DNA from: an uncultured bacterium
GTDB taxonomy: Bacteria; Armatimonadota; HRBIN16
NCBI GenBank assembly: GCA_937132045.1
Contig: CAKZNX010000162.1
Coordinates: forward strand, 1 to 49,780
Length of the DNA: 49,780 bases
Direction of reading: 5' to 3'
Shown here: piece after piece, positions 15,825 to 25,600 of the stretch
Layout: every line of letters starts with the position of its first letter
How positions within the stretch are numbered: position 1 is the first letter of the stretch
The notes under the pieces: generated by a model
What the model was told of the DNA's origin: nothing
The model's input: only the letters and a program-made list of their open reading frames with translations
The model's database searches: none
Program-made: the position numbers and the translations under genes

Positions 15825-16745
15825 ATGAGAATCTGGTGGATAGCGTTACTCCTGATAACTATCAACGCGATAGCGTTTGCGCAGGACACCTACCGCATTC
15901 AGCGCGACGACGTGTTGCAGATCACGGTAGTGGAAGACCCGAACCTGAGTCGGGAGACTGTGGTGGCTCAGGACGGCACCATCAACCTGCCAGTCATCGG
16001 CTCGATCACTGTGCGCGGGCTGACCACCGGTGAGCTGGCGCAGAAAATCCGCGAGGCGCTCATCGAGGCGCAGTACCTGAAGGACCCGCACGTCAGCGTG
16101 AGCATCCGCGTGATCAACCGTCCACGGGTGGCGGTGCTGGGCATGGTGCAGCGCCCGGGCACGTACGAGTTCAAAGAGGGCGAGACGGTGATGCACGCCA
16201 TCTCGATGGCAGGCAGCTTTGACCCGGACCGCGCGCGCCTTCAGGATGCCCTGCTTCGCCGAAAGCGACCGGACGGCACCGAGGAAACCATCCCGCTTGA
16301 CCTTGAAAAGCTGTTTTTCAAGGGCGACCTCAGCCAGAACTATCGACTGAACCCGGATGACGTTATCTTCATTCCGGAAGATGTGGTCAACCGTGTTTAT
16401 GTGCTCGGCAGGGTAGCGCGTCCCGGGCTCTACCCGTGGAAGAACAGCACCACCGTGCTGGAGGCTATTAACCGCGCCGGCGGACAGCAGGAACGCGGCA
16501 CCCTGAGCAAAGTATATATCATCCGCGCGAACCCCGATGCCCCTGATAAGCCTCAGCGCATCGTGGTGAACCTGCTCAAGCTGATTGACAAGGGCGATAC
16601 CAGTCAGGACATTGCCCTTCAGCCCGGTGACACGGTATACGTTCCCGAAGTGAAGAGACCCGACTGGAACCAGATTTACAGCTTCGTGGCGACCATCGGG
16701 TTGACGCGCAACATCCTGCTCAACAGGTCATTCTACAGGTATTAA
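15825..16745 (+). CDS. Polysaccharide export protein (Wza-like; Poly_export plus SLBB domains)
   Basis: MRIWWIALLLITINAIAFA/Q, YRIQRDDVLQITV, DGTINLPVIGSITVRGLT, VAVLGMVQRPGTYEF and YVLGRVARPGLYPW. SD GAAGGAGG lies before ATG 15825. Confidence 0.85.
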   Translation: MRIWWIALLLITINAIAFAQDTYRIQRDDVLQITVVEDPNLSRETVVAQDGTINLPVIGSITVRGLTTGELAQKIREALIEAQYLKDPHVSVSIRVINRPRVAVLGMVQRPGTYEFKEGETVMHAISMAGSFDPDRARLQDALLRRKRPDGTEETIPLDLEKLFFKGDLSQNYRLNPDDVIFIPEDVVNRVYVLGRVARPGLYPWKNSTTVLEAINRAGGQQERGTLSKVYIIRANPDAPDKPQRIVVNLLKLIDKGDTSQDIALQPGDTVYVPEVKRPDWNQIYSFVATIGLTRNILLNRSFYRY

Positions 16746-16761
16746 AGGAGGCGATCTGCAA

Positions 16762-18882
16762 GTGGAATTCTGGCGTCACTATATGATTTTGCGACGGCGC
16801 TGGCGCATCATTGCGCTGGTGGTGGTACTATGTGCGGGTGGGGTAGCGATGTGGTCGCAGAACTCCCCCCAGCAGTACGACGGCGTCGCTGTGCTGCGCG
16901 AACAACGACCGGTTGGTGAAACCTCTACCGAAATCTTCCCGATCCGTGCCCTGATCAACGACCCCGTTCTGCGCCAGCAGAACCTCGCTGCCCTGGTTGG
17001 GAGCAACACGGTGGTCAGCAACACGCTAACTGAGCTGCGGGTCTTGCGTCCCGGGTTGCTGGGACCTGGCGATCCCGCCGAGCAGCTCTTGCGGTTCAGA
17101 AGCAAGCTCGACGTGGATCCCATCCCGAACACCGAATTCCTGCGGGTGCGCGTGCGCGACGAGGATCCGCAGGGCGCGCTGATCGCTCTCAGCGTGCTCG
17201 TCGCCAAGGCGACAGACCGCTACAACGATCTCAACCAGAGCTTTATCCGTGCCGAGCGCGAACGATTGGAGAACGACCTTCTTCCCAACGCACGGGCAGA
17301 CCTCGAAGCCAAGCGTAAGGCGCTGGCAGACTATAAGCTGGCGAACCGCATCAGCGGCGACCTGACTTACCAGACGCAGGTTCTCGTACAGCGGGCTGCG
17401 CAGTATCGGGCAAACTACGATCAGTCGATGGTAGAGATGGAAGAGGCTCGGGCGCGCCGTATTGCAGCAGAGGAAGAGCTGAGAAGCCGCTATGCCCGCA
17501 ACGAGTATGAGGAAATGCAGCGTGTGATGGCAACGAACCCAGTGCTTCAGCAGTTGCGCATCGACCTGTCGCGCGCCCAGGCGGAGCTGCAGAAGGAGCT
17601 GCAGACAAAGGCGGAACGCCACCCGGAGGTTGTCTCCCTGCAGGCGCAGATCGCCGAGATCGAGGCGCGAATGCGCGCGGAGAGTGAACAGATACTGAAC
17701 TCACAGACCCGCTCGCGGAACCCCATTCGCGACGCGGCGCTGCAGGCATACATTAACGCCCGTGTGGCTGAGGAGGCGGCAGCGAAACGGGCACAGGCGT
17801 TCGCTTCACCTCTGCGGCGAGCTCTTGCAGATCTGGCAGATATGCCGCGCAAAGAGGCAGGCGTTGCCCGACTGGAGCTGGCGGCGCGTACCGCAGAGCA
17901 GACGTACAACCTTTACCTTCAGAAGCTGGAGGAGGCGCGTGCCAAAGAGCGCGGTGCTCAAGCGGCGACGTTGACCCTGCTGGACCCGCCGGTGGTGCTG
18001 GCGGTCCCCAAGCAGACCGCGCTGAAAGTGGCTCTGGCTCTCCTGCTGGCGCTGATATTGTCCAGCAGCGTGGTGCTGTTCCTTGGGCAGCTGGATACAT
18101 CCGTGCGCACACCAGAAGAAGCCGAGCGCCTGTTGAAACTGCCGGTCTTCGCGGTGATACCGCTGATGAAGCCCAACGCACTGGACAAGCAGGATGGGTT
18201 CACGCCGATTGGCGCTTCCTACCAGATACTCTCGACCAACCTGTGGTACGCCAGTCGTCAGATGCAGGGATCAGCGGTGGTGATAGCTAGCGCAGAGCCG
18301 AACGTCGGACGAAGCACCACTGCGGCGAACCTTGCCATCACGCTGGCGAGGGATGGAGCGCGGGTTCTGCTGGTGGATGCGGACATGCGACAGCCGACAT
18401 TGCACACTCGCTTCGGCGTCGATAACTCCCTGGGGCTGGCGGACGTGCTTGCGGGCGAGAAGTCCATCGAGGACGTTGCAGTACCAACCACCGTCGAGGG
18501 GCTGGTGCTGATACCTGCCGGCGCAACGGGCGACAACCCTGTGAGGCTTTTGCGCTCGCCGATGATGGAGCAGTTCATCGAGCGAACGACCCGGCTCGCC
18601 GACTTCGTCATCTTTGACTCGCCAGCTGGTGCTATCTTTGCTGACAGCACGCTGGTCGCTGCTCACGTGAAGAACGTGATCATCGTTCACGCTGCAGGAC
18701 AGCCGTCGCGTGGAGCGGAAACCGAATTCCACGCCCGTCTGGAGCAGGTCGGCGCGAACCTGATCGGCGCAGTATTGAACAAGGTACGTCCGGAGGACAG
18801 CAGGGGTGTGTATTACTATCGTCGCGCCTACCGAGAGCTGGCGTTGCGCCAGCCGACGTCACGAGCCCTACCCCGAGGATGA
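16762..18882 (+). CDS. Wzc/GumC-like polysaccharide co-polymerase fused to a BY-kinase (tyrosine autokinase) domain
   Basis: N-terminal TM segment, long coiled-coil periplasmic region, second TM segment. Walker A ASAEPNVGRSTTAANLA and Walker A' LLVDADMRQP. GTG start with AAAGGAGG 9 nt upstream. Confidence 0.85.
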   Translation: MEFWRHYMILRRRWRIIALVVVLCAGGVAMWSQNSPQQYDGVAVLREQRPVGETSTEIFPIRALINDPVLRQQNLAALVGSNTVVSNTLTELRVLRPGLLGPGDPAEQLLRFRSKLDVDPIPNTEFLRVRVRDEDPQGALIALSVLVAKATDRYNDLNQSFIRAERERLENDLLPNARADLEAKRKALADYKLANRISGDLTYQTQVLVQRAAQYRANYDQSMVEMEEARARRIAAEEELRSRYARNEYEEMQRVMATNPVLQQLRIDLSRAQAELQKELQTKAERHPEVVSLQAQIAEIEARMRAESEQILNSQTRSRNPIRDAALQAYINARVAEEAAAKRAQAFASPLRRALADLADMPRKEAGVARLELAARTAEQTYNLYLQKLEEARAKERGAQAATLTLLDPPVVLAVPKQTALKVALALLLALILSSSVVLFLGQLDTSVRTPEEAERLLKLPVFAVIPLMKPNALDKQDGFTPIGASYQILSTNLWYASRQMQGSAVVIASAEPNVGRSTTAANLAITLARDGARVLLVDADMRQPTLHTRFGVDNSLGLADVLAGEKSIEDVAVPTTVEGLVLIPAGATGDNPVRLLRSPMMEQFIERTTRLADFVIFDSPAGAIFADSTLVAAHVKNVIIVHAAGQPSRGAETEFHARLEQVGANLIGAVLNKVRPEDSRGVYYYRRAYRELALRQPTSRALPRG

Positions 18883-18987
18883 GAAGGTTGAACTCGGTTC
18901 GCTTCGGCTCGCGTAATATAAGAAGGGGGATTCCTTCGTTTGCATTTGCTGAGTTTGCTTATCTTTGGTTGAAGGGAGTATCGAGCC

Positions 18988-19695
18988 ATGGCACACGCGC
19001 AGACGCCGTTGCCGGGTATCGTGCCCCCGGCGGCGGGGGACGTCAGCATTGCGGAGTGGCAGGTACACGTGCCTGAGATAGAACTGCCCAGGGGTTACCG
19101 GTTCGCGAAGCGCCTTCTGGACATTACGGTGGCGAGCGTTGCACTGATGCTACTCGCTCCGCTGATGCTCCTGATTGCGCTGGCGGTCAAGCTGGACTCG
19201 CCAGGTCCGGTGCTCTTCCGACAGATACGGATCGGAAAGGGAGGCAGACCGTTCTGGTTTATCAAGTTCCGCTCGATGGTCCGGAACGCGGACCAAATGA
19301 AGCATCAGCTCGTCACGCGAAACGAAGTGAAAGACGGCCCGGTTTTCAAGATGCGAAACGACCCGCGCATCACACGAGTGGGGCGGATACTGCGCCGGTA
19401 CAGCCTGGATGAACTACCACAGCTGATGCACGTGCTGCAGGGACACATGAGCCTCGTGGGACCGCGCCCCCCACTTCCGTCGGAGGTGGTGAACTACGGC
19501 GAGTGGGAGAAGCGCCGTCTGAGCGTTACCCCCGGTCTCACCTGTCTGTGGCAGATAAGCGGACGCAGTGATATCGGTTTTCGTGAGTGGATTGAGCTTG
19601 ACCATATTTACATCGATACCATGAGTTTCTGGACCGACCTGAAAATCCTGCTGTTCACCGTTCCTGCGGTGATTTCTGGCAAAGGAGCCTGCTGA
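18988..19695 (+). CDS. Polyprenyl-phosphate sugar-phosphate transferase (bacterial sugar transferase family, EPS priming enzyme)
   Basis: [63 protein letters not shown] and LVGPRP. Confidence 0.9.
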   Translation: MAHAQTPLPGIVPPAAGDVSIAEWQVHVPEIELPRGYRFAKRLLDITVASVALMLLAPLMLLIALAVKLDSPGPVLFRQIRIGKGGRPFWFIKFRSMVRNADQMKHQLVTRNEVKDGPVFKMRNDPRITRVGRILRRYSLDELPQLMHVLQGHMSLVGPRPPLPSEVVNYGEWEKRRLSVTPGLTCLWQISGRSDIGFREWIELDHIYIDTMSFWTDLKILLFTVPAVISGKGAC

Positions 19696-19720
19696 CAATA
19701 CTACAGGGTGAGATGACCGA

Positions 19721-20638
19721 ATGAAGGCTGTGCCATCGGAGGGGACATCTGCCGTACAGTCTACTCCGATCGAATGGATAAAGTGGGGCGTGGTGGCAAT
19801 GCGACCACGCCAGTGGACAAAGAACCTTCTGCTGTTTGCAGGTCTGCTCTTCGCCGATAAGCTCGGAGACAGCGCGAGGGTCTGGTTGAATGTGCTGGCG
19901 TTCGTCAGTTTCTGCCTCATCTCGGGGGCGCTGTACATCTATAATGACCTGCGAGATGTCGAGCACGATCGGCTGCACCCGCGCAAGCGGCTGCGCCCGA
20001 TTGCTTCCGGCAAACTGCCTGTCGGCGTCGCCATGTGGTTTCTGGCAGTAGCCCTGATGGCTGGACTGACGATGGCGTTCTGGATAGGTCCGGCTTTCGG
20101 AGCGCTGGCAGTTCTGTACATGGTGCTTTCGCTAAGCTACTCACTTGGCGGCAAGTATATCGTCATTCTGGACGTTTTCCTGATTGCCCTCGGGTTCGTG
20201 CTGCGTGCGCTGGCGGGAGCGGTGGCTATTGATGTCAGCATATCCGGATGGTTGCTGGCGTGTACCACTCTGCTCTCGCTATTTCTCGGCTTTTGTAAGC
20301 GGAGACATGAGCTGGTGATGCTGGGTGAGGAGGCGTCCAACCACCGTGCCACGCTGGGTGAATACAGCGTTGGTCTGCTCGACCAGTTTATCTCCATTGT
20401 TGCCTCGGCGACCATCATCACCTACGCTCTGTACACGATTCAGAGCGCGACCGCGCAACAGCATGAGGGATTGAAGTACACTATACCCATGGTGATGTAT
20501 GGGGTGTTCCGGTACCTGTATCTGGTGCATCGCAAGGAATTGGGAGGAGCGCCAGAACAGGTATTGCTGGAAGATCGCTGGATTCAAGCCACAATATTGA
20601 TGTGGGTAGGCGTCGCTGTCTGGGCGATTCTGCACTGA
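19721..20638 (+). CDS. UbiA-family prenyl-phosphate phosphoribosyltransferase (decaprenyl-phosphate 5-phosphoribosyltransferase-like)
   Basis: RPRQWTKNLLLFAGLLFA and NDLRDVEHDRLHPRKRLRPIASG, with ~8-9 TM segments. Confidence 0.75.
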   Translation: MKAVPSEGTSAVQSTPIEWIKWGVVAMRPRQWTKNLLLFAGLLFADKLGDSARVWLNVLAFVSFCLISGALYIYNDLRDVEHDRLHPRKRLRPIASGKLPVGVAMWFLAVALMAGLTMAFWIGPAFGALAVLYMVLSLSYSLGGKYIVILDVFLIALGFVLRALAGAVAIDVSISGWLLACTTLLSLFLGFCKRRHELVMLGEEASNHRATLGEYSVGLLDQFISIVASATIITYALYTIQSATAQQHEGLKYTIPMVMYGVFRYLYLVHRKELGGAPEQVLLEDRWIQATILMWVGVAVWAILH

Positions 20639-20648
20639 GAGGTATTGG

Positions 20649-21119
20649 ATGGACGGTATTTCAGTAAGCAACTGGCTGGTAGGGCAGCTGCAACGCAAGG
20701 GCATACGGCAATTTATCAAGTTCTGCATCGTGGGCGCGAGCAGCACGCTGATCGACTTCACGGTGGCGAATATCGCGTATTACGTCCTGCACGTTCGCCC
20801 AGCAGCGCTGGCAAGCGTGATGGGCTTCTGCGTCGCGGTGGTGAACGGCTACACATGGAATAGCCGCTGGACTTTCCGCGACCGAAAGCGCAAAGCCGTG
20901 CACAAGGAGTTTCTTGGCTTCGTCACGGTTAACGTGGTGGGCGCGATGCTGAACTACAGCATTGTAAGCCTCATCCTGATGTTTGACCACCAGGACCCGC
21001 ACCCGAAGTGGGTGTTCAACGGGGCAAAAGTGCTCGCAACCGGTATTGTGGTCTTCTGGAACTTTTTTGCCAATCGGCGGTGGACGTTTGGCCAGAAAGG
21101 AGCGGTGAGAACACCATGA
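20649..21119 (+). CDS. GtrA-family membrane protein
   Basis: 156 aa with 4 TM segments. FIKFCIVGASSTLIDF and C-terminal FWNFFANRRWTF. Confidence 0.85.
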   Translation: MDGISVSNWLVGQLQRKGIRQFIKFCIVGASSTLIDFTVANIAYYVLHVRPAALASVMGFCVAVVNGYTWNSRWTFRDRKRKAVHKEFLGFVTVNVVGAMLNYSIVSLILMFDHQDPHPKWVFNGAKVLATGIVVFWNFFANRRWTFGQKGAVRTP

Positions 21120-21988
21120 GTCAGGCACGTGCCGAGCGCATGTTCGGCGTTCCAGTATCGCGCATCCTGAAGAATCCTTTGACGTGGGTGAGTACTCTTA
21201 CCCTGGCGGCGATATGCGTCGCCTACCTGAATGTGTTCGCCTACTGGAAGTACTACTGGTTCTTACGAGACGGATACTACTCACACGGGGTACTGGTGCC
21301 GTTCCTGGCGCTATACATGGTGTGGATGCGACGGGAGGAGATTCGACAGACCGCCATCCGCCCCAGCATGTGGGGGATTCCCGTTGTCGCTCTGGCGCTG
21401 GCGCTCCGTGTGCTGGGGCATCTGACGCAGTCGTCCACCATCGCCTCGATATCGTTCATCATCCTGGTGTACGGCATCGTGGGTTTGCTGGCGGGATGGA
21501 GACACGCGCGCCTCGTCTGGTTCCCTATCCTCTTCCTCGGGTTCATGATGCCCGTTCCGGCTACTATTTTTGACGAAATATCTCAGCCGGCTCAGGAATG
21601 GTCCACCATTATCGCTAACGGCATTCTGAAAACTATCGGCTATGAGACGCGACGCATCGGCAACGTGATACTCATCCCCGGCGGGTTCGACCTCGATGTG
21701 GGTGTGCCCTGCAGTGGCTTCAAGATGCTGGTATCGATGGCGACCTTCGCCTTTTTCTTTGCGTATTATATTGGTGTAGCACTCTGGCGCCAGGCGCTGC
21801 TGGTGCTGCTGGCTCTTCCGCTTGCTCTGGTCATTAACGGCTTGCGCATCGCGCTGATAGGCATCGTCGGCACCAAGTACGGCGAGCAGGCTGGCTACAC
21901 TTTCCACGACTGGAGCGGCTATCTGGTGCTGGTGGTGGCGTTTGCTGTACTCTTTCAACTGGGAAGGTGGTTAGGATGGCAACGGTAG
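21116..21988 (+). CDS. Exosortase (EpsH/Xrt family)
   Basis: YYSHGVLVP, DVGVPCSGFKML (Cys), INGLRIALIG (Arg) and FHDWSGY (His) in a polytopic protein. ATG 21116 overlaps the GtrA stop (ATGA). Confidence 0.85.
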   Translation: MSQARAERMFGVPVSRILKNPLTWVSTLTLAAICVAYLNVFAYWKYYWFLRDGYYSHGVLVPFLALYMVWMRREEIRQTAIRPSMWGIPVVALALALRVLGHLTQSSTIASISFIILVYGIVGLLAGWRHARLVWFPILFLGFMMPVPATIFDEISQPAQEWSTIIANGILKTIGYETRRIGNVILIPGGFDLDVGVPCSGFKMLVSMATFAFFFAYYIGVALWRQALLVLLALPLALVINGLRIALIGIVGTKYGEQAGYTFHDWSGYLVLVVAFAVLFQLGRWLGWQR

Positions 21989-22656
21989 CTCCTGCGGAAT
22001 CTCAGGTGAACATCTCCGCTCTGCGGCGGAACCTGCTGTTACTGCTAGTGCTGAGCACGGTAACGGCGGCACTGGTTCTCGTTTTGCAGCCGCTTCGCGG
22101 CAAGGTGCTCCGTGATATCGACGACTCCCTGATACCCTTCCAGCTGGGCAACTGGACGGGGCAGCGCTACGATATGGGCGCGGTGGTGTTTCAGGTCTTA
22201 AAGCCCGACGCGATCGTATCTCGTCACTACTTCAATGAAAAAGGCGACCAGCTGGATTTTGTGTTGCTGGCTGGCACTCACTCAGAAACATTCCACAACC
22301 CTCACACCTGCTTCCCCAGTCAGGGCTGGCGACTGGAGGACAACGCGAAGATTGAGTTCACCGTGCCGGGCGTAGAACATGCCGTCGACGCGCGTATGTT
22401 CCAGGTGAACAACGAGGGCAAGAAAGCGACGGTCATCTACTGGTATCGGACGCCTTTCGGCACGACAGGCTCGATGGGCATCGCGCGAGTGTCCACGTTC
22501 ACGGCGCGTATCATCGGGATGGAACGACAGCAAACCTTCTTCTTCCGGTTCATCGTGCCTTCGTCTGGAGACGTGAATCAGGACGTGGAGACGATCAGGC
22601 AGTTTGCCGGGGAGCTGTTCAGAGCCCTCAAACAGACCCTTCCGGAAGTGATTTGA
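21976..22656 (+). CDS. Exosortase-associated EpsI-family protein
   Basis: N-terminal TM segment, then LGNWTGQ, ETFHNPHTCFPSQGWR and ATVIYWY. ATG 21976 is preceded by GGAAGGTGG; the track start 21967 is a GTG. Confidence 0.8.
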   Translation: MATVAPAESQVNISALRRNLLLLLVLSTVTAALVLVLQPLRGKVLRDIDDSLIPFQLGNWTGQRYDMGAVVFQVLKPDAIVSRHYFNEKGDQLDFVLLAGTHSETFHNPHTCFPSQGWRLEDNAKIEFTVPGVEHAVDARMFQVNNEGKKATVIYWYRTPFGTTGSMGIARVSTFTARIIGMERQQTFFFRFIVPSSGDVNQDVETIRQFAGELFRALKQTLPEVI

Positions 22657-22684
22657 AAGGCAGGAGGTATTATCCTCCTGCCTT
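22657..22684. terminator. Strong hairpin between convergent genes (bidirectional terminator candidate)
   Basis: AAGGCAGGAGG-tattat-CCTCCTGCCTT, a perfect 11-bp stem filling the gap between the two stops. Confidence 0.6.
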
Positions 22685-22696
22685 GCCAGCCTACTC

Positions 22697-25600
22697 TCAC
22701 CGCATGAGCATCTCAATGGCACGGTCAAGCTGCGGGTCGCGCTCCTGCAGCCACTCGTCCGGGGTCATCCAGACCTGCACGTCGGGTTTCTCGCCGAGGT
22801 TCTCCATCGGGCTGCCGTCCAGCCGGTACACTCCGCTCTGGGGCATTCGCGCCCCTGTGCCGTCCACCAGCTGCAGCCCCCACGTCCAGATGACGTATCC
22901 CGGCGTCGGCATACCCACCAGCTTTGCCAGGCCCTTAGCGCGCATGGCGTAAGGAAACATCTCGGCATTGGAGTAGCTGTGCTCGTTCATCAGCACAATG
23001 ATGGGCTTGTCCCATGCGCGGCTGGGAGCGGGCTCGATTGCCCCATCCCGCGGTCGGTAGAAGCCGTGCGGTTTGCGCTCAAGCCAGTCAACCAGCGTGT
23101 CGGAGATGTTGCCTCCGCCGTTGAAGCGCACGTCGATAATCATCGCCTGCTTACCGACTACCTGCTCGTACACCTCGCGCTCGAACTGCACCTGATTGCC
23201 GAAGCCCATTCCCGAGATATGCACGTAGCCGATCTTGCCGTTGCTTTTCTCGTCGGTGTACTTGCGCAGCCGCTCGATGCGGTTGCGATAGTTCAGGTCG
23301 CTCCATTCGCCCGAGCTCATCACGCGGTACTTCACCACCCGCGCGCCGTCCTTACTCGGCTTGGAGTTCACCAGGAACTCGAATTCACGCCCCTGTTTAT
23401 CGTTGATGAGCCGCCACAGGTTCTCATCCAGCGTCACGTCCTGCCCATTGATTGCCAGCACGTATTCGCCCTCACGGATTCGTGTCTGAGGATACGAGCC
23501 GGGCGCGCCCTGTGGCACCTTCCCCACCCTGATGCCGGGACCTTCGTAGCTGTAATCGAAATTGAACCCCAGATGCGGTGTGACAGGACCGGGATTGCCG
23601 CCCGGCGCAGGCGAAACCTCTGCGTGTGACGCTTCCAGCTCGCCCACCATCATGCTGAGCAGGGTGGCGAACTCCTCGCGCGTCTCCACGGCGTCCAGCA
23701 GAGGCTCATAGCGCTTGCGTATCGCTTCCCAATCCCTGCCATGGAAGTTGGAGTCGTAGAAACCGCGGTGATAGCTGCGCCAGAACTGGGTGAATGCCGC
23801 ACGCCGCTCCGCCCGCACGTCTCGCTCCCAGTCCGCGGTGAAAGTGACCTTCTCCTGCGGATTGTTGCCCTCGAGCCGCATCGTCCACAGCTCACCGCCA
23901 CGGATGAAAAACACCTTCTTCCCATCCTGTGACACGCGCAGGCTGGAAATACCGCCACCCGTTGTCAGCCGCTTCGTCTCCTTGCCGTCGTAGGACACCG
24001 ACCATACGTCGCCCTCGGACACGAAGAGGATAAGCCCTTCACTGGTTAAGGTGAGGTCTGCCTGCGGGTTCTGGTTAACCAGTTTTCGGATGCGCCGCTG
24101 GATGTCCTGAAAGTCGATTTCCACCAGCACTTTATCCTTGGGCTTTTCAAACTTCAGGTCTGTGTCTACAACACGGGCTGGCTCCTGCTGAAGCGGCAGC
24201 ACATACAAGCCGTTTCCATCGCGGTCACTCTGGAAAAACAGGTACTTGCCATCGGGCGACCATGCTGGCTGGCTATGATAGGCGTTCAACCGCGTGACGT
24301 TGATCGCCTCACCGCCTGCCGCCGGCATGATCCAGATATTCCACGCAAGGTCCTCGCCGCGGTAGGTGAAGGCGAGCCAGCGCATATCAGGTGACCAGGC
24401 AAACTGCCCGCCACCCAGACCATACCAGTGTGTGCCCGGCACCTTCGCCAGCCGCTTGATCTCCCCGGTCTCCAGCGTGAGCACGTACAATCCGCCCTCC
24501 GCGCCGGAGACCCAGAAGCCCAGTAGTTTGCCGTCGGGCGATAGTCGGGGCGAAGTGACGTCTTCGGTGCGGTTCCAGAGTGGCTTCACCTGCAGGGTCT
24601 CAACGTCCAGCTCGTAGAGGCGGGTGTTGAACTCGCGGTCGGAGGTAAAGTACAGCTTCTTGCCGTCCGCCGACCACACGAAGTCCGAGTCATCCCCTAC
24701 CCAGTCCGTCAGGCGGCGTGCAATCTCGGCGCTGCGCGCGGCAACGCCCTTGGGTTTGTCGATGAGCACCGTCCAGATGTCGCCGCGCAAACCGAACGCA
24801 AAGGTCTTGCCGTCGGGAGACGGCTCTGCTTCCGTCACGCCGGATGTCAGCACCTCGCGGCGGCGAGAGTTTTGCTTCTCATCCTCGGTGGCATACAGCA
24901 CAATCTTTTGCGGGTTGCGCGACCCTGCAGGCAGAAGCCACAGGTCATGCTCATATTCGAGGGCGATGTCGCCGCTGCGCAGTGCCACTGTGGGAAAGCG
25001 CACGGAGCCCCCCACAAAGAAGGTGATCTGCCTGCCGCGACCTCCGAGGTCATAGACCCACAGGTTCGGTGTGCGGCCGGGGTTGTCCACGATTTTCTGC
25101 GGCGGGGCGCCCAGCTTACTGCTGGACGGCGTTTCCTCTCCAATCGTGACCGTCAGCAGGCTTTTGCCATCGGGCAGGAACTTGGTCCAGAGATGCTGAC
25201 GGTTGTCGTTTGTGAGGGGTCGTCTCTTGTCGGTGTCCACCTCTAACAGCCATATCTGAGCGGCTGCAGACCCCACATAGCGTGGGCGTGTCCAGTGGAA
25301 GCCGTATCGTCCATACACCACCATCTTGCCGTCAGGTGAGAAGGATGCATAGTTGATGGAGGCGTAATCTTCGGTCAGCTTCCTGAAACGCAGAGTGCGC
25401 ACGTCCAGCGCGTAAAGGGTGTTGTTGGTGCTGTCTCTCACCGACGAGAACAGTAGGTACTTGCCATCGGGGCTCCAGCCAGTCGCAATCTCGCTGTTCG
25501 CATGGTAAGTAAGCTGTCGCACCTCCCCTCCATCTGCGGGAACCACAAAGATGTCCCAGTTTCCGTTGCGCAGGCTGGAAAAAGCAATCCATCGTCCGTC

